Source: Ionaspis alba
Lineage: Eukaryota
Assembly: GCA_964255285.1 (NCBI GenBank)
Contig: CAXUUL010000082.1
Span: 1 to 34,961 of the forward strand
DNA length: 34,961 nt
Direction of reading: 5' to 3'
How positions within the stretch are numbered: position 1 is the stretch's first letter; the number at the start of each line of letters is the position of its first letter. A program made the translations under genes and the position numbers. The notes beneath the pieces were generated by a model. That model had not been told where the DNA came from, did no database searches, and saw nothing but the letters and a program-made list of their open reading frames with translations. Below are positions 12,350 through 23,380 of this stretch, one piece after another.

Positions 12350-13306
12350 TATGGAAGTGCGGAACGAAAACGACGGAACAAAAATTAGCACAGTCGGAGA
12401 TGAATGCAGATGAAGCGGAAAATAATTCGAGGCTACTGAAAGAAATGGGAGCAAGACGGCCAGCTAAGGTAGCTGGCGCTGTTGTGCTCTTTCCCATTGT
12501 AGCGTGCTTCGACTTAACAGGTTCGACGAGGAAGGAGCAAGTGAAGGTAGAAAACATCGTGGCTACATTGAAGTTACGTCAAACAGGAGAACAGTTGACA
12601 GGAAATAGCTCAATTATCCCAATGTTCAAGCGAATATGGATGGAAGGACCAGCTATCGCATACTTGAAGATCCAACATGGTTTTCAACAATTCGTGAATG
12701 GCCAGCAAGAATTACAGAGGCAGTGGTGAGTGATCTGAGCATTTTGTTCTCTTCGTCGCGAATTCCCTTTCGAAACGGTAAAGGTTCTGCAAGGACACAT
12801 CTATCTCGTCGCTTGGAGAACGTTGGTGATGAAGGCGATGATGAAGAGGCTGACGAGGAGGATGATGAAGGATAGCTCCACTTCGAACACCAGCAGGGTT
12901 TGTTTGTTAGTGCGTGGAGGGTCAGGACTCAGGAGGGTGAGCTATGCTGTGCTGTATTTAGCCTTGAGCCTTGCTTGGCTTCTGCTTTAGATCGTCCCTG
13001 GATTTCCAACCAAAAGCAATGTAAGGCAGATACAGGAGTCCCTCAATTATGAACTACCTTCACCAATCCTTCCTTCCTGCTTGCTGTAGATGTTTGCGCA
13101 TCACTCTTCTGCTCTCCAGGATGTTTGGTCAAGCAGGCATATAACTCCTCTGAGGTGGATCGCCCACCAAAACCATCCCCGTCTCGAATCTCGTACCCCA
13201 GGGCTTCCGAAATTGCTGGAACTAGCTTCGATCCAGCAGATCGTACTCTCCCAGATCTTCTTTCTTTTCTCTTGCTTGCAAGCTCTCTTGGTACACAATC
13301 ATAGCA

Positions 13307-16025
13307 ATGGATGGCGATCTGAGCTTGTCGCAGTCTCTGGGAGGGCTGCGCATTGCCAACCCAGATGACGAATCTCCTGCAGGTCATGCATCTCGAGGTC
13401 TATCTTCAACAGCCGAATTCTCGACATCGTCGCCTTCAGCAACAGGCAATTCCTACCTCCGCGGGGCCCAGATGTCTTCATTGCCCATTGAGAGGCATGA
13501 TGCATCACTATCGCAACTAGACTTCGATCCAAGTTCTTTCTCCACGGAAAGTGTCAAGATCGAGAAAGCTGTCATCCCCACGGACCCGCGACCACCTGTT
13601 TCTCCGAAGCAAGCATCGTCATACTCCCAACGAAAGAACAATCGCCAGTCCATACCACTCACATACCAAGACCAGCAACAAGCTCAATTTCCCCAATACC
13701 CTACCATGGTACCTCAAAGTCTCAGACAAGCCAATCCTTCTGCACGGCCCATGTCTGTTTTGCAACACCAACAATCCCACAAAAATCCACTACCCGTACG
13801 AGACAGCTCATACCGCCTTCACAGAGAGACTTCGCAGTCTTCGATCTCCGGCATGCCTCGACGAACGAGCTCGAGAGGAGCGGCGACCGCGATGCAGGCT
13901 GGCGTTCCGTCGAGAGAAAGTGTCCACACCGACAGGTCATATCGAAATAGTCAGCAGGTGCCTAGTGGGAATGGTCCACTACCGCCACGACGAAGCTCAC
14001 GGGCGCTACGGGACGGTCCTATCACGAATGGCGTGGTACCTCGGGAACCAGTAGGATCCGGGTCGCCTTATGGTATTGAAGGTGGGCCTCTCGCGAGTAG
14101 TGAGGAATGGCAAGAGAAAGGTGCAGCTGACGTGGTACGGCGAGATATCGACGCCGATGGAAGGCTTGTCGCAAGATATACGAAGAAAGGCGTCAAGGAT
14201 TTCCATTTTGGTCGCACACTCGGTGAAGGGTCTTACAGTACCGTTCTCGCGGCCACAGATCGTCAGACCCATCAACAGTATGCCATTAAGGTTCTCGACA
14301 AACGTCACATCATCAAGGAAATGAAGGTCAAGTATGTTAATATTGAGAAGGACACCCTCAACCGACTTACAGAACATCCCGGCGTTGTGAAACTCTACTA
14401 TACATTTCAGGATGAGCGTTCCCTCTACTTCGTACTTGATCTTGCGAGCGGTGGCGAACTTTTGGGCGTGCTAAAAAGAATGAGGACTTTTGACGAGCAA
14501 TGTACTCAGTTCTATGGTGCCCAGATTTTGGACACCATCGAGTATATGCACTCCAGAGGGATTATACACCGGGATCTAAAGCCAGAAAATGTACTTATGG
14601 ATGACCAGATGCATGTCAAGATCACCGACTTTGGCACTGCTAAGATACTAGACATGACCAGAAGGCCGAGAGCAGACTCCAACGGGGTCCCAATTCCTGA
14701 TAGCGGCAGTTTGACGGATGGTGCGGACGATAACAGAGCAAACTCTTTCGTCGGCACCGCAGAGTACGTGAGTCCCGAGTTACTCACAGACAAGAATGCA
14801 TGCAAAGCAAGCGACTTGTGGGCATTCGGATGTATAATCTTCCAACTACTTGCGGGTCGCCCACCATTCAAAGGCACAAACGAGTATCAGACGTTTCAGA
14901 AGATAGTCGGTCTTGAGTACCAATTCCCCGCGGGCTTTCCTCCAGTTGCTAAGGATTTGGTTCAGAGACTGCTCGTACCGGAGCCGTCCCGTCGATTAAC
15001 AATCGATCACATCAAGAGCCATGAATTCTTTGATGGTATCGTATGGGGTCCGGGATTGTGGAGTCAGAAGCCTCCTCCACTAAAGAGCTATACCCCACCG
15101 GCGGCAGAACCGATTAAGCTTAATGGTCATGCCAATGCCTCTAGCAACGGAGACAGCTTTCCTCCTAACATCGCTTCATCTCAGAACAATCACGCTTCCC
15201 GCAATCCTAGCGCTAGTCCGAACCCTGGAGTTTCACGGCCTACACCCAGGGTTATCACTGAACTTCCACCTCCAAGTCAGCTTGATATCGAATGGTCACC
15301 AGTATTGACGAGGACCAACGAAAGGATACTAAAGCTAGGAAATCTTCTCGTACTATCTTCGCAACCATCAAATAGTCCTCCAGGCAAGCACGGTGGAAAC
15401 AACGATGGAAGCAAGCTTTCGAGATTCTTCGGTGGTGGAGCTTCGAAGAAGCGGCAAAGACTCGTAATGGTGACCTCTAGTGGTCGTATAATCATGGCGG
15501 CGGCAGGAGGTGACGAGAAGAAGACCAAGAGCGAGGTCTCTTTGCTGGAACCTGGATGTACTTGGAGGAAGATGCAGGATCCCAAGGGATTGTCGTATTG
15601 GTCGGTAGATACAGTAAGTTCCATCTCTTCCGGGAAAGCTGCATCCACTGATCTATTACCAATAGCGTGATAAGCATCTCACCTTCGAAGATCCCAAAGC
15701 CGCATCGTCCGATGGATCCGCTACCTCAGCAGCAGCCCAAGACTGGATCGATGCTCTCGAACGGGCTCGAGAGTCTGCCCTCTCACAGAGCTTGAGCAAT
15801 TCCTATTGTGAAGATGATGCATACAAAGATCTACATACAGGTTCTCCGAGCCCGGCCAGTACACTCAATCTAGGCACAGAACGGGGATCCGAGACCAACC
15901 TGGCCGTTAGCAGCGGTCGGCATAACTTGAAGAAACATCCATCTAGCAAGGACGTGGACGAGATTAAAGGCTTCAAGCGTTTTAGTAAGCGGCAGTCAAA
16001 GTCTGGATTGCCAGCTGTGTTTTAA
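13307..16025 (+). CDS. ksg1: 3-phosphoinositide-dependent protein kinase PDK1/Pkh/Ksg1 ortholog with C-terminal PH-like domain (888 aa, 2 exons)
   Basis: Exons 13307-15613 and 15666-16025; intron 15614-15665 (GTAAGT..ACTGAT..ATAG). Kinase motifs LGEGSYSTV, YAIKVLDK, HRDLKPEN, DFGTAK and the PDK1-type activation loop RANSFVGTAEYVSPE. Confidence 0.95.
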
Positions 16026-16743
16026 GAAAACTTTCTCCTTAGGACTCCTTCGCTTCCTCCTCTGTGGATGATCGGACCACGCCCAAACTTTGGCCTACGT
16101 ACCAAGAACCGCTTCTCCAACCAACGGATCGGACCGGCCATCGCCTGTAGTTCGGCATGTCAATAATCCTGATTCGCCACCAGATATAATTTTATGACAT
16201 TGTGACGCAGCGTTTGTTTTCTTCTCGCATTTGAACATCTCTTTCCGATCTTGGGACCGCTTGGGGTTTTGTGTTATAAGAATTCTTCATATGCATTTTC
16301 AGGGTTGAGGGTTGAGTGCCTTTTGAGGCGGCTTTTAGATTCTAGAAGAGACGATGCACGTTTCTCATTCTCCGTGAGCTGCTTAGTGACTAGTTTTGGG
16401 GTTCACCCAAAATGTTGCGAATGTGACTTGATACTCTTTTGGTATGATCGAACTAGATTGCTCTAATCTTGTGGCTCCTCTTGTGATCAGAATGTACTCG
16501 GTTTCCAACCTATGTCGTTAACGAGCACAGCCATTGCGAGAGTTTCTCCCACATAACTCCCGTTTACCACAATGCGGAAGTGGTGATATCACACAGTTCC
16601 CCAGGAGCCCAATCAGCCTGCACAAGCTCTAACTTGACTCTCAGCAGTTGCATCCAGTCTCCAGTCAAGTCTGTGCTTAGCGCTAGGGAGCAAGTTTTCA
16701 TTAGGAAGATTGCTCCAACGGTCGAGCGCGGTGTCCCATCACC

Positions 16744-18337
16744 CTAGAATATCCGCCTCCCATTCTTGATCACAATCCGATCTTCCCCAGCATCGCACAC
16801 AATATCCTGCACAGTTCTCCGTCTCCGATAAAGTGGATTTCCCATCCCGTCTTCCTGTATTGTTCCATAAAGCGTGAAGTCAGCTTTATCGCCGACCTTC
16901 AACTCCAACCCGCGTACCTCGCCAAGTCCGATCGCCCGTCTCGCTCCCGTTGAGACGCACCGCTGCGAGAAAGGTAAGCTCCATCTCACGTGACCCTCAT
17001 GAAACCAAGAACTCTAGAGCACTCACGTAAAGCATATCCGCTCCCTCTGCCGTTCCATCTTGATAAACCCCTACTCCAGCTCCAGCGATCCCCAATGGAT
17101 CCGCACTTCCCCAAGGTGTAAACGCATTTCCGACATTATTCACCCCCAGCGCGACTCTCAAGCCCAATTTTTTTGCCATATGCAGAAGCTGCAGCGTACC
17201 TCTCTGGCGGTCCTTCCCTTCCTCCCCTTCTCCCGGCCTGCCCATCATGAACAAATCACTGGTTGGCAGTCCCACGAAATAAACCGGGAGATTCTGAACC
17301 TCCTCCCTCAGCCTCTCCCATTCCCCTGCCGAGAACAATGTCAACCGAGTACAATGCCCCAAACAAACCGTCATCTCGGAACCATCCCTCGCCGTTTTGC
17401 CCTTTCTCCACAGCTCCTTCCTCAACACCTCAAGCACCCACCACACCAGCGCCTCCCTCTTAGCATCAAGATGATAATCCAAATGCAAATCCAGTCCCAC
17501 CTTCCACTCCCTGGCCAACCTGACAATCCACTCCACATTCCTCTCCTCATCCTCCCTACACCCCTCCACATACGGCGTACTTCCCACAGCCCCTACGCCC
17601 TCATACTCCAGTGCCTTCTTCACCAGCGCCCGCGTCTCTTCCGCCTTCTCCCCACTGAATAAAGGATCCTGCGCAAACACGCAAAGCTGGACATCACACC
17701 TACCCTCCCATAACCGCTTCAACTCCAGGCCCACTTCCAGACACTTGAGTTCGACGCCCGCATCGACTTCTACGAAAGCGCGTACAGTTGTACAGCCTGC
17801 TGTAACAGCTTCGGTAAGGAGCCAGTTCCCGCGCTCGAGTAAGTCTGGGTGAGTGAAGCGTTCTTTTGCGCGCGTGGTCAGGGCAAGCGCTTCGGAGAAT
17901 GTGCCGGATTGGGGTTTGAGGTCCGCGTAGGCGGGGTGGGAATGTAGGTGGGCCTTGTCCAGGTGCAGGTGGGGAGAGGCGAGGGCGGGCAGGGCGAGAG
18001 TGGAGGGCGCGTGTAGGGTTGTTGTCCGGAAGAAGGTGCTGGGTTTGGTGAGATGCGACGGGGTTATGGCGGCGATGTGGCCATTGGGGGAGATGTGGAT
18101 GTCCTGGGGGGTGCTGGGAGTAGCGGAGGTGGGAAGGAGGACGGAGGTTATCAGGGTGAGGTGTTGGGGTGGTTTGAGGTGGAGGGAGGAGGGTGAAGAG
18201 GGAGAGGACGGGCGAACGGTCGGTGTAGGTTTGGTCTCAGAGGCCGAAGATCCTGAAGGTGGGTGATCACCGAATTGGACTTTGGACATTTCAGCGTCGA
18301 GGTCGATGCCGTGGGTTGCCAAGAATTCGGCGGCCAT
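16744..18337 (-). CDS. Metallo-dependent amidohydrolase, bacterial cytosine deaminase (CodA)-like fold (509 aa, 2 exons)
   Basis: Exons 18337-17027 and 16962-16744; intron 17026-16963 (GTGAGT..GCAG). Motifs PHLHLDKA (HxH), VQLCVFAQD, LHLDY, LGHCTRL, GVNNVGNAFTPWG and the C-terminal G.KADF..VIKNGR. Confidence 0.88.
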
Positions 18338-18680
18338 TGCTGAGGACTTGATAGAGGGGAGGGTGAGGCAGAAGCTGTGTTATATGGACGCAATGGACAT
18401 CACGGACGAAAGGCAGCAGCACGTGATGCAGAGCTTCTCAACATGTTTGCATAGCATGGCAAGTATGTGTTGAGTTCTACCTATTACTTCATGACAACTC
18501 GAGATGATGGTCATCGTCAAAGGAAGAACGGCGGGTTTCTGTCGCGCATAGCTCAGAATACCCCTGCAAATCTAGTGAAACAACAACGAATCAAGGTCGA
18601 TCACCCGATCCCCTGGGGATGACTGTATATATTGATGAATTTTCTCGAATTTCTATACCATCCTAACTCAAAACCACATC

Positions 18681-19681
18681 TCATACCTCCATCCTCGCCA
18701 TCTCCTCCTCAGCCCTCCCTTTCCATTCCTCCCTCCACCGACTCAATGGCGGCCTCTCCTTGACCACATCCCCTACCGCCCATATCATTCTCCTCCGATC
18801 CTTGTCCACACTAACGTCATTGTCCGGACACAGCACATAAAACACGCCTTCCCCCATCTTCTCTCCCAAGAATTCCGCTACCTGTTCTGGCGCCCATGCC
18901 CCAGCTGGCTTCTCCTTGTTGCTGCCCCCTGTAATGCCAGTGTATGTCCAGCCGGGAATGAGTAAGTGTACACTCGTTGGCGTGTCGCGGAGATCATAGC
19001 ATAAGTGCTCAGCGAGTGTTTTCAGCGCTGCTTTTGAAGCGTTGTAGGCCATATTACCGGGCGGATTGGTAATGCCTTGTTTGGAGCCGGTGATTACAAT
19101 GGAGGTTTTGGAGGAGCGAGATCGGATGAGGGGGAGGAAGGTTGAGATGCCGTTTATGACGCCGAAAAGATTGGTGTCCATTATCTTGAATGCATTTATG
19201 ATCAATAGGAGGATTCGTGGGGTCTCTATCGATACTCACTTTGTGAAAATACTCAATGTCTTCCCACCCACCTTGAAGCCCAATGCCAGCATTGAGCATG
19301 AGGAAATCAATGCCTCCGAACCTGCTCTCGACGCTCTTCTTTAGTGTCTTCCATTCTTCGATCTTGCTGACGTCCATGGTGTATGTCTCCANNNNNNNNN
19401 NNNNNNNNNNNNNNNNNNNNNNNNNNNNNNNNNNNNNNNNNNNNNNNNNNNNNNNNNNNNNNNNNNNNNNNNNNNNNNNNNNNNNNNNNNNTGTATGTCT
19501 CCATTTCTTCGCCATTGCTGATAGAGGATTTTGCCTCTGCTAGGTTCTGGTTGTTGATGTCGCAAAGCGCAAGTTTCATGCCATGCTGGCTGCAGAGCTT
19601 TGCAGTCGCAAGACCGATGCCAGAGGCAGCTCCCGTGATCAGAGCGACGGCTTTGGGACGGAAGACGGGATGGAGAGGCAT
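18681..19681 (-). CDS. Short-chain dehydrogenase/reductase (classical SDR), ~277 aa after closing the false gap
   Basis: TGAASGIG, LNAG and catalytic YNASK motifs. Intron 19239-19185 (GTGAGT..CAAG). The gap at 19392-19491 is flanked by the same 12-mer TGTATGTCTCCA; collapsing it gives the in-frame ..GEEMETYTMDVSK.. Confidence 0.92.
19380..19503. other. False scaffold gap: 100 N flanked by a duplicated 12-nt overlap
   Basis: 19380-19391 and 19492-19503 are identical (TGTATGTCTCCA). Merging them restores the SDR reading frame. Confidence 0.9.
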
Positions 19682-20445
19682 TGTATAGAGGTTATATGAT
19701 GATAGATCAGCGTTGGCTATGGCTTAGGGTCTTTGATCTTAACTGGAGGGGCAGCAAATGGTGGGGCAGGGTCGGAGATTAGGGAGTTAAAGTCGTGCTT
19801 GAAACCGCTGTTCGTGGGCTAAACCAGCAAATTACATCGAAGCGCGGCCTTACATCTGCCATGTTGACAATTCTGTCATGTTTGTCAAGATTCTAAATGC
19901 TATGACTGTATTCTATATAATATCATTATGTTTCGAAGGTTCGCAGAGCACAAATTGTAAACATGCCTCTCTGTCGCATGTGCGGCTGAGCATCGCTGTG
20001 ATTATGGACCAGGACTTTGGTCAAGAGAGACAGATTGAGCCAAAGTTATTTTCTGGCTCTACCAGAAATAAGCTGGGAGTTACATGGTATCATGTCGATA
20101 TCCCGACATGCTCTGCCATCGTTTGATGGTAGCCGGCGGAGACACATGGAGAGAACTTGCGTTCACAAAAGTACACCAAGATCTACAAGGATCAAGCAGA
20201 CTGTGAGACTGTTTCTCGTATTTGTATAGTGCAAGAACATTTTGTTCTGCTCTCTAGTCTTTATCGTATTGCTCAATAGCCAACGCGGAGCTTACACTTT
20301 GACTGCCAACAGATCCGTACCGGTATTCCTCGCCATCAATCAATCCCCGACCATTACTAAATACTCCATGTAGCCGTTTCAGCATTACCCGTTAAAAGAT
20401 TCCGTAGGCAAAAGCAAACCGGCATGTCAGCCCAAACACGACGAT

Positions 20446-21408
20446 TCAATCAATATCCATTACAGAAATTGAAAGGCTCGTCGCATTAGTCGAGACGTCC
20501 GACAGAAAAGGACTTGAACTCCTCATTGGTGACGGTGACCGCTCAGCCTGCAAGATCTGTTCGCCTTCAAAGACAATCGGCGTGACCCGCAAGTTCTGGA
20601 CGCAAGCCTCCCAAGTATGCGCAACCATCTGACCTTGGTTCAAATCCTCACTGAACAAGAAAAAGCCTTCCACGCCATGCGCACTCTCGGCAGCACTTGC
20701 GAGATAGGCATTGTGACTCTTGGACCGGCAAAGCACAGTGACACTGTACAATGAGGGGTAATGATTCTGGATGTATTTCGCCCATCCCTGAGCTGCTTGC
20801 TGGGTATGCGAATCCTTGCTGATCGATGACCATCCAACGCCGAGGAGCTGTGCGACTGCATCGGCATGATCGTCGTTGAGTGATGCGCTGTATCCGTCTG
20901 TTGCGGCTGAGTCGTCGGAGTTGGAAAGAGATGGGCAAGTGGGACTGACGAGACGCTGGCACTTGGCTGGTCGAACAGCAGCTTCTCCAGCACTCCTCGT
21001 CAGCGACTCAGCCGCTTTCTGAGCTTCCAGTCGCTCAAGCTCTAGATGCTCCTCGTACCACGTCCCAGTCTGGCTGTCCGCTCCAATCGCTCGACCGGTC
21101 GACTTGTCGATAAGGGTCATGCCTTCACCGTACTCAGTCACTTTGTCTGGTAGCGCAGGCGTTGTGACTGGTAAGGCCCAGTTGTCGTCGTCGTCCACAT
21201 CGTCGCGTGATCGCTTTCGCGATGGTCTGGTAGACAGAGATGGTCGAGCGGGTGGTGCAATAGGTTGCCATTGAGTAGAATGCGACATGTTAGGATGAAA
21301 TGACTTGAGAGACGCGTGATGAGATAGAGGATCAAATGAGTGGTGAGTTGGTGGATAGAAGATGGTTGATGAATCCGAATATTCGCTGAATGTGAGAGAA
21401 CCCATCAT
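20446..21408 (-). CDS. Hypothetical protein (~320 aa), probably nuclear
   Basis: Intronless 963-nt ORF with a C-rich 5' leader. Basic motif PSRKRSRDD, segment SQTGTWYEE and a globular-looking C-terminal half (LLGVGW..AAQGWAKYIQNHYP..GFFLFSEDL) resemble uncharacterised Pezizomycotina proteins as I recall them. No family name assigned. Confidence 0.8.
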   Translation of the reverse strand: MMGSLTFSEYSDSSTIFYPPTHHSFDPLSHHASLKSFHPNMSHSTQWQPIAPPARPSLSTRPSRKRSRDDVDDDDNWALPVTTPALPDKVTEYGEGMTLIDKSTGRAIGADSQTGTWYEEHLELERLEAQKAAESLTRSAGEAAVRPAKCQRLVSPTCPSLSNSDDSAATDGYSASLNDDHADAVAQLLGVGWSSISKDSHTQQAAQGWAKYIQNHYPSLYSVTVLCRSKSHNAYLASAAESAHGVEGFFLFSEDLNQGQMVAHTWEACVQNLRVTPIVFEGEQILQAERSPSPMRSSSPFLSDVSTNATSLSISVMDID

Positions 21409-21806
21409 GATGAAGGTGATTGTAGGATTGTATAAGTGGAGAGAGATTGTGATGATAGGGTTGAGGAAGGCGTAATGGATGGGAGCAGGTGGGTGGTTGT
21501 TAGTGAGGGAGGGCGTCCGGAGGTGAAAGAGCGATGGCTGGATGGTGCAGCTGGAAAGAGCAAGAAGCGGGAACTGGACAGCCTCTTAACCGTCTTTGCC
21601 CTTAGACTGCCCAGAAGTAGCAGATGCAGCGCTAGTGACGCAGGCCAGCTCAATTCTGACTGGATCGGCACCACTTGCAGATCCGGAGAATCCTGGACGA
21701 AGACTTCCGCGCTAAGACGCGATTCGACTACTGCGACGACCATCAAGTATAATGTCAATGTTCAACTCCCATATGCTGTGAGGGGAACACGACACACGAA
21801 GACATA

Positions 21807-22277
21807 TTAATGTCTGTTTGCCTTCTTTGCTGGAGCGTCCAGTCGTCCAAGGTTCGACGCAGCCATCTTCATCGACTGCTCTGTTCTATCCCAGATTGGA
21901 AACCACAGTGGCAGAGTGAACGCTGCAGCCCTCAGGAATAGTCTCCGCTCATCCCCATACAGCACACGGGAGGCCCCTTGTTCTGGAACTTGAACCATTA
22001 GAAAATCTTGTGCACCGTCCCATTCCAAGTTCTCCGGTTGCAGCGCTGGTTCTCCCAGCCAGATCTCCATCAGCCTGGCTGTTATTGGTACTATTAGAGC
22101 CCAGACGCCTTCCATGATGGCAACTTGGACCATGGTGGCCACGATCACTATGTGCCAATTTTTCAGGGGCTCTCTGTAGCAGATTATTGAGCTTACGAAA
22201 AAGATCGGGACCCAGAACGACAGCCGAAAGCTCATTGGAGTGCACTGCTGCAACTCCTCAAGGAAGCTCGAAGGCAT
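21807..22277 (-). CDS. Possible orphan membrane protein (156 aa)
   Basis: ATG in good context (CAACCATCATG). Two to three hydrophobic segments (FWVPIFFVSSIICY; WHIVIVATMVQVAIMEGVWALIVPI; LFLRAAAFTLPLWFPIW). No recognisable family. Confidence 0.4.
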   Translation of the reverse strand: MPSSFLEELQQCTPMSFRLSFWVPIFFVSSIICYREPLKNWHIVIVATMVQVAIMEGVWALIVPITARLMEIWLGEPALQPENLEWDGAQDFLMVQVPEQGASRVLYGDERRLFLRAAAFTLPLWFPIWDRTEQSMKMAASNLGRLDAPAKKANRH

Positions 22278-23380
22278 GATGGTTGGTGCTTCTCTCTTTT
22301 GAGTTCTTGGCTTCTTGTTTGATGGGTCTGAACAGTATCTGCAAGGTCAACAGCGGTCGAGATCGTGACATTTGTGCGTTTAGGGCTTCTTGCAGTATCC
22401 CATGCCGCTTTATAGAAACCAGGACTGCGGCCAGAATTTCTGGATTGAGAAACTGTAGGAGACCCAGACAGCCGGTTTTGTTCTATAGATCTGTAGCATT
22501 AATGTCCCTAGCTGGCAGATTTGGCATGCAGTCCATAGGCAGAACGCTTACTACTTGAAGACAAAAAGGATATGCAAGCAGTGTATTCTAATAGAGTACA
22601 GCTGATTCTTATATAGAAAATATGAAATGATGCTAGACAAGGAACAAGCGTCATTCGAGATCACCAATTTATCTTCTTAAGTGAATCGAGGCCTTGCCCG
22701 GGAGAAAATGAGATATGAAGGAGACAGATGGAGGTGATCGATGCACAGATAGCGACAACGAGTATGGTATGAGATTGCAGATAGGCTTTCATATTCCGCG
22801 AATGAGTGCCAAAAGAAAGAGGAACGTGACAGTGTGTGGGCTAGACGGTCTGGGAATATCCCTAGGTATTTGCCAGTACCAACCTTGCTTTGGGGCTACT
22901 TCAACGAGGGAACATAGAGTGTCAAGGGCCCCATAGGTGGTCGAGCCTAAGCCGGTCGGTCAATACGGACGTGCTGGAAATGACCTGTTCCTCCAGAGTT
23001 TTGTGCTCGGAACCCGGAGGGAGCTTTCGGGGCTGACTCTATCTGGTTTGTCTGTTAAGGCGCGGATAGAGTGGCATTTGTCGTTCCAGTCAGGCCAAAC
23101 CAGTTTGGTCAGGTTGGCAGAGCACATAAGACAGCAACCAACTGCAAGTGCACCTCGAGCTTTGCATCTGCGCAAATTTGTCCGTAAAAACATGAGAACG
23201 TTATCTCAGACCCTGTACCTGTAATTCGTGAAGTAGTATTGAGGCGTTATGGGAAGAGCATCGCTCCAGACATTTTTAAACTTGGAGCTTCATTGCACTA
23301 CACCAGAGATCTAGCATACAGCTAGCTAAGATGCTTGTACATGTATGTCCCCGATAGCAAAGACGACCGTCGTAATGCGC

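Noticed and set aside
12400..12875. Plus-strand ORFs 12400-12729 and 12636-12875 (the latter with an acidic tail)
   Set aside because: No recognisable domain. The acidic tail simply mirrors a TCA/TCC-rich tract on the minus strand.
18611..18620. Short inverted repeats such as ATCCCC-T-GGGGAT (around 18608-18620) and CATGTCG-N6-CGACATG (20091-20110)
   Set aside because: Arms of 6-7 bp are expected by chance in 35 kb, with no TSD or transposon context.
21405..21810. Overlapping ORFs 21405-21758 (-) and 21436-21810 (+)
   Set aside because: Non-ATG starts and low-complexity products; consistent with the 5' leader/promoter of the 20446-21408 gene.
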